A stretch of 63,985 nt of DNA, filler included, from Octopus bimaculoides (taxonomy: Eukaryota), in assembly GCF_001194135.2 (NCBI RefSeq). It is 7 parts of 6 records of this genome, joined end to end, with 100 filler letters (N's around TTAATTAATTAA, not from the genome) between each part and the next. Parts side by side here need not be neighbours in the genome. Positions count along the whole stretch, not along the records: positions 10,523 to 17,494 come from NC_068982.1; positions 17,595 to 30,845 come from NC_068982.1; 5 more parts are not named here. One strand, 5' to 3'. The translations under genes and the position numbers were made by a program. Of the stretch, positions 11,126 to 23,002 are shown one piece after another. The notes under the pieces were generated by a model. It had not been told where the DNA came from and did no database searches. It worked only from the letters and a program-made list of their open reading frames with translations. Every line of letters begins with the position of its first letter. The stretch's first letter is position 1.

Positions 11126-12748
11126 TATAATCTAAAATATGTTTATATTATTTCTCTTTATATCCTTTAACATAGCGGTTCGAGAAATAGGTATAACAGA
11201 ATAACGTATGAGACTGAAGCAAGTATCGTAGTGCTTATGGCCTACTAAACACGTCTCTTGTACGTGGTCTCTTTTCGTTCTTTATTTTCTGTGGCTGCTC
11301 TTTTTCATTTACCATTTTCTTTCTTCTTCCCTTCTTTTATACTCCACCTGTTATCTACACACCTCTGTCTCACCTGCTCATGTGTATCGATCCATATGCA
11401 TACAGTGATAGGATGTTCGCTCAGTTTTACCTGATAACTATACGTTACTAACCTGTATTATCTAACATCTGCCTGTTCCTAATATATCGTCTGTTTAATG
11501 CTTGATATCTACATATTACTCACTCTTTATTACCTCATATTTTCAGCCATTTTGCCAGTAACAAGTTTATTACTCGACATTTTCTGATCGTTGCTACCCA
11601 ATCGCCTCGTTGTATTACTTCTTACATAACCGATTATGTTTATAACTTAATATTTACTTATTTCAACTGTGTTGCTTCTATATTCTTTACCATTCTACCG
11701 TTTCTACAAATGTCCACGTCTATATTTCCATAGCTAATGTTATCTGATATCTTCTTCCTTCTTTTACTATTTCGCTTCTTTTTCATCCTTTAGTTCCTTC
11801 TCTTCTGCCTGTTATTTGTTGCCTTTCAATTGCTAGTCTGTTGCCTGTATCTGCTGCTCTTATCTTTATGTTGCCTCTATCGTTACCTTCTTCATTGCTC
11901 ACTATCTTCCACAAATTCCTTCTATATATTTATTCCTCTCTTTCATCCTTATTTCCATTCCTTTTCTTCACTTCTTGTCTCCCAGTTTTCAATTTTTCAC
12001 TTTTCAAATTTTCTCTTTTTTAATTATTTTCTTACAATTCTTTGTTCCTTCATTCTTATTTGACCATTTTTTCTTCATCTTTTCTTTTCTTCATCAGTTT
12101 TTCAATTTCTTCATTATTTTTCATGTCCTTATGTTTTCTTAGGTGCTTTGACTTTTTCTTTCCTTTCATTTCTCTCTTAAATACTGTTTTTTCCTTCATC
12201 TTTTTATTCATCCTCTTTCACAATTTATCATTTTTTTCAGTAATTTCGGTTCCTTGCCGAACCGTTAAATTACGCTGATGCAAACAAACCAGTATCGGTT
12301 GTTAAGCAACATAGGAGACAAACGCAAATACAAAACACACATAGATACATACGTACATATACATATACACAAACACACAAGCACACATACACATTGAAGG
12401 TGAACTGGAAGTGGGTTTTTACCCTTCAAGCTCCACTTCTAACATATTTCTATATTTTTTCGATATATATAAGTGATTTCCCAAATACAGTTTCACTTCA
12501 TTTTTGAAGCTCCGAGAAGGTGAAACAGAAGCCAGTCAACTACGAATGCATTGCATCTGATAGCAGAAGCAGTTGTAAGCTAATGGGTTTCATGACATAA
12601 TCTCTTGTTCCCTTGTCATCTAATTTATTATTACTGCTCTGTACTCCACCAACGTTTTCTACTGAAACATATGTATAGTGAGTCCTAACACCAGGCTATT
12701 AGTTCCGCTATATCTAATCGACATACATACATGCATACATACATACAT

Positions 12749-14390
12749 GTGATGTTGATTATATTTTCTATAAACCCCTTGTCATTCATGTTAAGGAAAT
12801 CTGGAGGATATCTCACCGGTTCACAAGGAAACAGAAATACCAAGATTACACATTGTTTCTTTGTGGATGACGTGAAACTACATGCAAAGAATATGCACGA
12901 GATGAAAAAGAGCCTTGACCTGGCTACAACTTTCTCAAAGGACACAGGGTTGGAGTTTGGTCAGGATAAATTTTGTTATATGGTTGAGAAAAGGGGGAAA
13001 ACTGCAAACCAGACTAGCAACATCTCCATCAATGACTTGACTGTTTCACTTATATCTGATGAGGAATGTTACAGGTATCTAGGGGTAGATGAAAACATAT
13101 CATGTAATGGCACCTATAACAAAACATGAGTCACTAAAGAATATTACAGCCGAATAAAGAACATTTGGACCTCAGAACTCTCTGCATTCAATGAAACAGT
13201 GGGAAACAGTGGCCCACAATGTGTTTGCAGTGCCGGTACTCATACCAACATTTGGGCTGCTTGATTGGACGCTTGATGAAATCCGAACTGCTGATGTGGA
13301 AAACACTAACAAGCACAGCCCGTCTCTACCTAAAACGTAAACAAGGTAGTAGAGGCCTAACATCGATCCACAATGCCTTTGAATGTCGCATCATATCCCT
13401 TCGGCAACATCTTTTAACAACCAGGTTTGCATACATAAGGTTGATAACATCATGAAACTTGGAAAGCAGCTCCTTGAGCAACACTCCTTGTCCGTTAACC
13501 TTAAATACACGCCCTAAGAAGTCGCACGACTCTACCGCAACGTATCATCAGATGAAAAGATGAGCATATATGAGCAGAAGGCCATGCATGGATATGTTAG
13601 TAGAAAGCTCCGGGATGAGAGTAACATCGATCATCAAAGCAGTTTATCATGGACCAACAACTGGATTACTACCAACCACTTTGAAGGGCATGCGTTTGCA
13701 ATCCTGGAACAGGATATATCAACCAAATACCTGATGCACAAAAAGGATGGAGATGCAGGAAAAGCCATAAAATGTGATAACCGATGCAGACTTTGAGGAG
13801 TTCACACTGAAGATATCACCCACATCATAAGCAGTCGTCCGAAAATGTCATCGCGGTAATATCCACCGATGGAGACATGACGTAGCTAGGACACTCTATA
13901 ATGAAATCCGTCGGAAGGAGAACACCAAGGACAAAAAGATAAGAATCCATAGTATGGTAGAAACCATAGCCATTCATGATAAAAAGGGGTACTAGTGGAA
14001 TGTCCAAGTGAAAACCTCAATAAAATGTAAGCACAACAGACCTGACATAGTGATTTGGGATAGAGAAGAGAAACTGTATACAGTTGTGGAAATCAGCTGC
14101 CCAGCGGATGTTAGCATAAAGCTAAAGATCAATGAAACAGAGAACACCTATGATGAACAGATTACAAGTTCAGGTTTATACATGTAATTAGTGGGGCCTT
14201 GGGATGTGTAACACACTGCCTAAATACCAATCTTGTGAAATTAGGCTTTTCAAAACCAGAAAGGAGAAAGGTTTAAAAATCTGTAAAACTCCAGTTTATC
14301 ATCTAAGTATATATTAACATGTCTAGATATGCGAGTATATGCATGAGAAGACATACATAAAACAAAACATACAGATCTTCACCTATACAT
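12749..14390 (+). mobile_element. Degenerate R4/Dong-like RLE non-LTR retrotransposon, 5'-truncated
   Basis: RT motif THCFFVDDVKL (FVDD at 12860-12871), GLEFGQDK, YRYLGVDE, RLYLKRKQGSRGL, EQKAMHGY, CCHC remnant CRL*GVHTEDITHIISS, and REL motif KHNRPDIVIWD (14038-14061). (CATA)n on both sides. Confidence 0.85.
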
Positions 14391-14417
14391 ACATACATAC
14401 ATACATACATACATACA

Positions 14418-15200
14418 TTGAAGAAGACAATAATATTAACATGAAGCGCAACTTCTGTAGGACTCGTGACCGCTCCATTACATCACACACTGAAGGCTAT
14501 GCCTTTGCAATCCAAGAACAGCTGATTGCTACGAAATACGTTATCAACAAAGGAAACAGTGATTCCCTTGGTGTGACAAGATGCAACCGAAAATGTAGAT
14601 TATATAATATTTCTATGGAAGACATGTGATTAGCAGACACCTAAAAATGTGATCAAGGTATAACTCCCTATGCGACGTGATATAAAATGCCATTCGGAAA
14701 AAAGACTCTCCTATAAACAAAATATAGACAATCTCTCTGTTACTGAATACATACTAAAAGATCAATACAAGGAATACTAGTGGAACATTCCCATCAAAAC
14801 ATCTGCCAGTGGATGTATAACAGGCCGGACATTGTTGTTTGGGACAGGCAAGACAAGGTTTGTACAGCCAGCTGCCCTGCTGATGTGAATATCTCTTTAA
14901 AAATTCATGAGAAAGAAGAGGACTCTGGACATCTGCTTAGAAATATCTAACTTCTACTCCCAGATTTTAAATTCACATTTGAACCAATAATAATTGGTGC
15001 GCGCCAAGATGTTCAGAAAAAGAAATCAACCAGTTCACGTATTACAGATACAATCTGGAAGTGAAACAATAAAAATACGCAAAGCTTTTTCAAGATTAAA
15101 ATGTGACGTTGTTTTCGTTATCTACGTTCTAATGAACTTTGTGTCTTTGTTAGAAACCAGCTCCTTACTCAGAAGAACAATTTAAATAATTCAAAACAGA
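14418..15200 (+). mobile_element. Second, diverged R4/Dong-like 3' fragment in tandem
   Basis: TSHTEGYAFAIQEQLIATKY, RCNRKCRL and YNRPDIVVWDRQDK motifs. Starts after (CATA)n at 14390-14417 and ends in acatacatac. Confidence 0.75.
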
Positions 15201-15274
15201 AGAGAACATACATACACACGCACGCACACACACACACGAACATACATACATACATACACACTGACATTCATACG

Positions 15275-15420
15275 AGTGGTTGTGTGGTAAGTAGCTTTTT
15301 TACCAACCTCATGGTTCCGGGTTCAGTCCCACTGCATGGCACCTTGGACAAGTGTCTTCTACTACACCCTCAGGGCGACCAAAGCCTTGTGAGTGGATTT
15401 GGTAGGCGGAAACTCTCTGT
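15275..15420 (+). mobile_element. SINE family B, 5' half (rest in gap)
   Basis: gtgtggtaagtagc..catggttccgggttcagtcccactg..ggcaccttggacaagtgtcttctac. Confidence 0.75.
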
Positions 15421-17089
15421 GTGTNNNNNNNNNNNNNNNNNNNNNNNNNNNNNNNNNNNNNNNNNNNNNNNNNNNNNNNNNNNNNNNNNNNNNNNNNNNN
15501 NNNNNNNNNNNNNNNNNNNNNNNNNNNNNNNNNNNNNNNNNNNNNNNNNNNNNNNNNNNNNNNNNNNNNNNNNNNNNNNNNNNNNNNNNNNNNNNNNNNN
15601 NNNNNNNNNNNNNNNNNNNNNNNNNNNNNNNNNNNNNNNNNNNNNNNNNNNNNNNNNNNNNNNNNNNNNNNNNNNNNNNNNNNNNNNNNNNNNNNNNNNN
15701 NNNNNNNNNNNNNNNNNNNNNNNNNNNNNNNNNNNNNNNNNNNNNTGAAACAATTAAAAGAAAAGAAACATACATACATGCATACATGCATACATACATA
15801 CATACATACATACATACATACATACATACATACATACATACATAGAAAGATATTCATGTAAGATAAACTTCAACATGTTACAGTGCACTCAGACGCAAGA
15901 ACTCTTTTCACTGTGGAGCTAATCCCGGGAGAAGTAATTCTCCTGTTTGACATGTATAATGACGTTAGAAGTGGTGTGAATGACATAACTGGATCACGAG
16001 TGGGGAGGTCTTGTGTTTTGTGTCGCTTCACTTCATCAGCGTCAAAGACCACATCTTGTGTCTTTATTCATCTCTGACAGGAGACTATACTCCTGAGGTT
16101 GGCGCCTATGTGAAAGGTATTTTCATGCCTGTGTGCACTCAAACATGTTGAACATGTTATGAGAAGAGAGCAGTCATGTGTGAATAAATACATAAATATA
16201 TTCTCTACAAGAATATACTTCCTTCAACGCTACTTTCTTCGACATACTATACTGAGCTCTAGCTTGATCAATCTTTACGCACACCGGCTGTTTTAATAAG
16301 AATAATAGCAATTTTACAGAGTCATAAGCAACTGAATCGGTTTTCGCACATGACGAAGAGAAACAGCTCAAAAACGCATACATCCTACCATCCAATTGCG
16401 TCATTCACTATTTTGTCTTTACACATGTGTCAGAGGAGAATTATACGTATATAGACGCATAGAACAACAAAAAAGTACTCCATGTTGTGAGAAATAAATA
16501 TTATTTAGTAAACACAGTGTATATTTTTATTAGCTACTAATTGTTTCATGCGACGAAAAACAACTGAGACAGCACTTTGTAACACGTCTTCATGCAATCC
16601 TTAGGTTCTGCCCACAGAGGATGGCACCAGGGCACCAGACATGTTATAAAACGTTTTCTAAGTTGTTTTTCATCACATGAAACTTTTAGTAGCAACTCAT
16701 AAAAATATTTACTGTGTTTATCAAATTACTTTTGTTTTGCATTTACTATACATTTTTTCACTTATTAAGTAACCGAATGCAACGCAACCTGGTTTTTATT
16801 AACAGCAAGTAATCTATATACATATATCCGTGAGACTTATATTTCTAGCCTTTACTCTTTTTCTCTCTTCGTCTCTTGCCTTTTACTCTTTTTCACCCTT
16901 TTACTTCTATTTCTCGCCTTTCTTCTATCTCCTTGTTTTCTCTCTTCGTCCTTTCCTTTTTGTCTCTATCTCTCTTTCTCGTCCTCTTTCTCCTCTGCCT
17001 GTTTTCGAATTGACCCTATTAATATATTCCCTGCTTTTAAGTCACTTTGAACAGAACCCTTTATTCAATAGCACTGTGTATAAACTCTG

Positions 17090-17440
17090 TATTTGGAATG
17101 ACCGATTTCAAAGACTGTTGGATTTTACTTATAGAGTATTGGAATCTTAATAATGGATTTAAAAATGCCATGACCAATCTTAAAGACTATTGGATTTTAC
17201 TCACAAGGTATTGGAATCTTATATGTATACCATTCTGCCTAAACAATGGATTTACAAATACAATATTCCTACATTCACTTTCTATTTCCTATCTTAACTA
17301 AACTAACTATTGCTTAACCATCTTCTCACACCGTCTCCGATGAAGGGATATAATAAATATCCTGGAAACAGATGTAAGACATTCGATTTATAAATGTTCT
17401 ATATTATACACAGCCTTGTTTTTTTATCTCATTAAGAAAA
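17090..17440 (+). mobile_element. Repeat family with hammerhead-like motif (putative Penelope-type terminal repeat)
   Basis: Homologous to ~42150-42372 (-). Internal ~75-bp tandem duplication (ggattttact..ggtattggaatctta). Confidence 0.5.
17333..17380 (+). ncRNA. Type-I hammerhead-like motif, variant core CCGAUGA
   Basis: GUCU / CCGAUGA / A-GGGAUAU-AAUAA-AUAUCCU-G / GAAAC-AGAU-GUA / AGAC. Stem I is 4 bp and stem II 7 bp. Confidence 0.5.
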
Positions 17441-17494
17441 GTATATCCTATATATATATATCCTATATATAAATATCCTATATATATATCCTAT

Positions 17495-17594
17495 NNNNNN
17501 NNNNNNNNNNNNNNNNNNNNNNNNNNNNNNNNNNNNNNTTAATTAATTAANNNNNNNNNNNNNNNNNNNNNNNNNNNNNNNNNNNNNNNNNNNN
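17495..17594. other. Artificial scaffold-joining spacer
   Basis: 44 N + TTAATTAATTAA + 44 N. Confidence 0.95.
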
Positions 17595-17718
17595 GAGAGA
17601 GAAGGACACAGAGAGAGAAGGACACAGAGAGAGAAGGACACAGAGAGAGAAGGACACAGATAGAGAAGGACACAGAGAGAGAAGGACACAGAGAGAGAAG
17701 GACACAGAGAGAGAAGGA
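17595..17718. repeat. 16-bp minisatellite (gagagagaaggacaca)n, about 7-8 copies
   Basis: Direct tandem units, one with a G>T change. Confidence 0.9.
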
Positions 17719-18079
17719 GGGAGAGAGAAGTGACTAACAAAGCCAACCTTGTATATAGCAACATTTGTAAATGTGAGTAGATCAGACCCGCACATTTTCT
17801 GTTTAGTCCTCATTAATCACTGCAAAAAGAAGTCTACGCCCCAGTGAGGCGCTGAGGCGCCCGTTGTACGTCGGCAATTTTAAACTTCATTCTTTACAGC
17901 TCTTTCTTCATCCATAAAATACAAGCTCATACAACCATCAAAACGACCAATTTGTTAAGATTCGACACCACATTGTCCAGTGTAAAATTCGACAATGCCA
18001 AGATGGTCACAGCTGATCCTATGCTTCTTATAATCAGGATTATAAGTCAGGTAATGGCAGTGAAACGTATTGCTCTATG

Positions 18080-18400
18080 ACTGCCGCAAAGTAGGTTTCC
18101 TAATATCATTATTAAAGTTTCTTAAATTTACTTGCTGATTAATCCGAAATAAGATGTAGCCTGATTAATTAATCTGCGTTGAGGGTTAGATTTAAAATTA
18201 TCTTTGTATTCATTAATTGCAATGCCCTCTTGGCCTTTAACTGATGTCTGCTGTCTCCTTATAGGTGATTGCCATATTGTTCACTTCACAGTTGATATTC
18301 CTATGAATATACGTGTCAGCATTCTTGTGATTTTGTGCAATGTTATGGCGGATGTTGGTTAGTTTGTTTTATTATCTCTCTTCCCTAGACCATTCTAAGC
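18080..18400 (-). mobile_element. Degenerate Penelope-like RT fragment
   Basis: Minus strand EYKDNFKSNPQRRLINQATSYFGLISK resembles the PLE RT segment KDHKxNFxNNPxCRLINPAKSExGKISK. Stops present. Confidence 0.55.
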
Positions 18401-19031
18401 CTGCAGGGAAAAATTAGTAAATTTTTTAAATGTTTGATATACTGTGATATCACATGGTCGAGCTTAATCGGACAAAACCAGATTGATCACATTGAAATTT
18501 AAGTTGGAGTCGGTAATGAACAAGCGAGGTATCGGCACAGTGAATTCCCAGATTTGTAGAGTTAAACTTCTGCTTGATAGATAAGTCTATTTGGTAACAA
18601 TGGACAACGATCGGCTGGTCTTTGAGGACTGCATACACAGGGGTCTTGAGAAGAATCGTCCTCCTGAGCATTGACGAAATTGTGAACAAGTACAGTTCAC
18701 GTTGGACTTGGCATCTTGTTTGGGAGATTGATCGGTGGATCCCAAAGCAAATGAGATACAGAGAAGTCGCTTGTGGAAAACGCTCCCAGTGGAAACCAAG
18801 AATAAGGTTTGAGGGTTATGAGAAGTCTTTGCTGAAGGTGTATAAAATATGGGGGTTTAATTGAGAAAGCAACGCTTGTCATCACCACTAGCAACGTCAT
18901 ATAAGTGTAATGCATAGATTTCATCTGGGCGCACAATATGTCTAATGGTCGGTGAGGGGGACTTCTTTGGTCTTCTTCGGTCACGAGTGAACAGATATAA
19001 GACACACTCACACACCCGCACACACACACAC

Positions 19032-19083
<52 letters not shown>

Positions 19084-19167
19084 NNNNNNNNNNNNNNNNN
19101 NNNNNNNNNNNNNNNNNNNCACACATACGCATATATATATGCATATAAATGTATCTCTCTCTCTCTC

Positions 19168-19211
<44 letters not shown>

Positions 19212-21115
19212 TGTGTGTGTGTATGTGTGTGTACATATGCGTGTATATGTAAGCGTGTATGTATATATATTCAACCAAATATATATTAATATGGTTTTGT
19301 TTAGCTCAGCGTCCCTCTTTTAATGGCGTTCAACGCGTATTTTCATCTGCGATCCAAGAAATTTAGCAACCATTTAAAGTAATCTATTTTTATAAACTCT
19401 TCATTGTATTTTTCATACATTTTACTCTACTTTTAATTATCGTTTCACAAGAAAAAGAAATTTGTATGGTTTTAAATATTTTTCTATTGTAACTGTTTGC
19501 GTGTTTTTAATCAATTCGTACACAGTGCACGTAATTCCCTGAAACGCTTTTAACTGATGAGGAAACGAAATTTTTCAAACAGCTGTGTGCGGATAAACAC
19601 TGACATTGTAACATCTCCAAGCGGAAAATCGATCGGTCAATCTGATATATTGTTTTTAGATGCTTTATTTAATTTATTCCATTTAGCATCTATAGGTTGT
19701 CTTGTCTGTATGTCTATTAAACATTTTTCTATATTTGTAACTTTTGTAGGAAGCATATGTCTATTAAATTTGGGAATATTTTACTTATATTATTAAACCA
19801 AAAAACAAAAAACGTTGAAATGAGGGGTGCAAACCTAAAGACCTCTCAGTTCTTCTGGAGGAATCCTGACTGAAGTCATAGAATGCATATATTTGAAGCC
19901 ACAGGCCTCACGAGAGCCGTTTTATTAGTAGTCGAAACTATCAATCTACATAGAAAACTATAATTCCTTTAACCTAGCTTATTTAATGCGTTGATTATCA
20001 TTACGTCACTTAATAGTTGTTGTGTGAGCAGATTCCAGTGACTAATGTATTTTTATTTCATAAAATTCGGGAGCAGCTTCGGATAGTTTTCCAGGTAACA
20101 TATCTTCCTGGCGAGGCATAAACTAGTCAGTTCTAATAGAAATAGTGTTTAGTGAATCGCTAAGGAGAATTGCAGTAAAGTATAGCAAGCTTTCGGGTTT
20201 CCATATTAAGAATGAAAATTCTCGACCATAAGATTCTCTTTGAATTAAATATTCTTGGTCCATCTTTGTATGTTATGATATTGTTTCTTTAATTACCAGC
20301 ATTTAGCTTGAATAAATTTGGGGAAATGGACGTTTATTGGAAGATATAATCGATGTAGTTATATATAGTTCAATGTCAACATTATCTGTCGCACATGAAT
20401 TGTGTATGAGGTTTGCTTAAAAGCCCAATTTGCCGCAGAACAGCGTCAAGAGAATGCTTGCAAGACGCCGAGTGTTAAAGAACATAGAATGTCGCAGAGC
20501 AGGCGAAACTAAACATTGGAGACCAAGATTGGCAGATATCGATATTTCGCCATTGTCGTGGTTACAATAATGGCGAAATATCGATATCTACCATTCTCGA
20601 TCATCTCAGGGCGAGTTGGTTCGCCTGGTGTTGGACACTCACTTTTCTTTAACCCATGGTATCACATAAGCAACTTTCTCCGGACGTAATCCCGCTGCAT
20701 AACCATATACACAATGCATGTGTGACTGATTATGTGCGATACATTACAAGGGCTGATTTTAATTCCTAATTTAATATACTTTAGAATTATATTTCCTAGG
20801 ATCAAGAATAGCCGATTGCATCTCGAAATCTTGTAAAATATTTATTTAATGGAAGCACAGTAAGAGAATATTCTATCAACAGGAACTGGATTCGAACGCA
20901 AGCCTACTGCGATAGTATTATTTCAATTTGTCCATTACCATGTGGGTTTTGTCCATTTCCTTAGTGCAGAGCTGTGAATTATCAGCTTGGTTGGATATTA
21001 CAAGAGATTATGCTAACAAAATTAGAAAGAAAAATGGTTGAAAACAAGGAAAAGATCTATTCAAAATTAGTTCAAACCAAATTTGTTTCTAAAAATGTAA
21101 TAGAGTTAGCATGGA

Positions 21116-21118
<3 letters not shown>

Positions 21119-21192
<74 letters not shown>

Positions 21193-21274
21193 CAAAAATA
21201 ATAACAAAAATAATAACAACAACNNNNNNNNNNACAACAACAACAACAACAATAACAACAATAACAACAATAAC

Positions 21275-21337
<63 letters not shown>
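21119..21337. repeat. (AAT)n-(AAC)-variant-(AAT)n compound microsatellite
   Basis: Direct reading; short internal N gap. Confidence 0.95.
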
Positions 21338-21903
21338 TATATTTATGTGTTATAGCATAGCAATATCCCCGGGGATAGTATATGAGATAAAACAACCTCA
21401 TTTTCGAGAATAGCTTGCAGGCACACACCTGTGCAATTGTACTATTTATACAATGACAAGACCATTGAGTTATTTCATTAAGGTATTTTTCTCTTCACCG
21501 CTAGTGACAAGTGAATGTTCGTTTAAATGAGAGTTAATTACACACCCAGGCGAACACTGTCGCTAGCAAGCATTCAGAAAAGTAGACAGCGTATTGACGG
21601 CCTCCACTAATGAATATAACCAACGGAACGTTGCCTGATGGTATTCGCCCAGTGTAATGGCTTTTCGAACAGTTGCATACAAGCATAATGAGCGAACGAA
21701 TAATAACCTAATCTACAATCAAATGCGGTAACCCTCAGTAACGTAAATATATCCTCTCTCGTTTCATATGCGCTGGCCGCTTGTATCAATAATATATTTA
21801 GCAATCAATAAAAAAAATAGGACAACCATGCATTTACATGTTACCTACAAAAGTAAGAGATATGTGTATGTATTCAGATACGTAAGTGCGGGTGTCCGTG
21901 TAT

Positions 21904-21954
<51 letters not shown>

Positions 21955-22426
21955 GTGTGTGTGTATGCGTGCGTGTGAACGTACGATATATATATAAATG
22001 TGTATACGAAGATATATAGCAACAAATGAAATGAAATTGCACATGAAAGCCTCTACAGAGAAATATCCAGGTATATATTTTATAGCATTGCCGCTCACGA
22101 ATCTGTTTGTTGTAGTGAAATATTTATTAAAGTATAATCATTCCTCATTTTAGATCAGGAGAAGTTTGTATTACTAACGAGGACTTAAAACTGAAGGAGT
22201 ATCAGAATAGTGGGGCCAGGAGGAAGTAAATTGCTTCGGTTGCTTCAAAGGGTTAATATACGGAAATTGAGACTAACTTACAGAAATCAACTCTTATATA
22301 AGTATAGAATAACAATTTCAAGTATCTATTCCCTATCACTGATTTATAAACCATTATGTTAAGTTCGAAACATGTCTTTAGATTTTCATTGAACTCTCTG
22401 CTAAAATGCTCTGTTTATAAATAAAA

Positions 22427-23002
22427 CAGTAATCCCTCGACTACTGAATGTTACGTTCCAAACCTCCCGCGATAGGTGGAAATCCGCGAAGTAGAAACAG
22501 CACTGTACTGTATATATTTTTTTTATTACCTCCACCTTAGCGGATGAAAATTTCAGGGATGTTTGGCCTCGTGACTGGCACGGACTGATTAGATTTTTGG
22601 ATCGATCCGATACCGGACAAGGATTTTGGATTATTTTTCCGTTTTTGTTTTACTTAATTATTGAGTGCAGTCGGGTTCATTTTCAGTATTCTCGTTCGTG
22701 AGAACAGTCGAGTTTATTTCAGATATTCTCATTTTAAAAAAACCATCTCTGGCTAATAGTTGAGTGGACGTTGGTGTTGCCTTGGCGAAGGTTTGCGCTC
22801 TCTGGGTGCTCTTGTTATTTTTATAATTTATCTATATTTATTTTATTATAAATGCAAAACGACACCACGGAGGAATCGATGTACGCTTAAATAATAAACC
22901 ATGGTGAACCGCGATTGGTGAACCGCGATCGGTGAACCGCGATAGATGAACCGCGATAGATGAACTACGATAGATGAACCGCGATATGGCGAGAGATTAC
23001 TG
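22427..23002. mobile_element. Tigger/pogo-like MITE
   Basis: TIRs cagtaatccctcg (22427-22439) and cgagagattactg (22990-23002) match at 12/13. TA follows the right end. Six 14-bp g(g/a)tgaaccgcgat(n) subterminal repeats lie at ~22903-22986. Confidence 0.7.
22523..22816 (+). mobile_element. Helentron-associated non-autonomous element (HINE/DINE-1-like) nested in the MITE
   Basis: 5' ttattacctccacc and 3' ccttggcgaaggt form imperfect sub-terminal inverted repeats. A short hairpin gcgctctctgggtgc and T-rich ends follow. Confidence 0.55.

Noticed and set aside
12664-12675. GAAACAUAUGUA palindromic stem III-like motif
   Set aside because: No CUGANGA, stem II or stem I upstream.
18450-18960. Relatively GC-balanced stretch with several short ORFs, a possible host exon
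   Set aside because: No recognisable domain or convincing splice context; it adjoins a PLE remnant, so a retroelement origin is more likely.
19554-19570. CTGATGA followed closely by GAAAC
   Set aside because: No room for stem II and no stem I/III partners.
22903-22986. Regular 14-bp repeats resembling a CRISPR array
   Set aside because: No unique spacers and no cas genes; eukaryotic context; they lie inside a TIR-bounded MITE.
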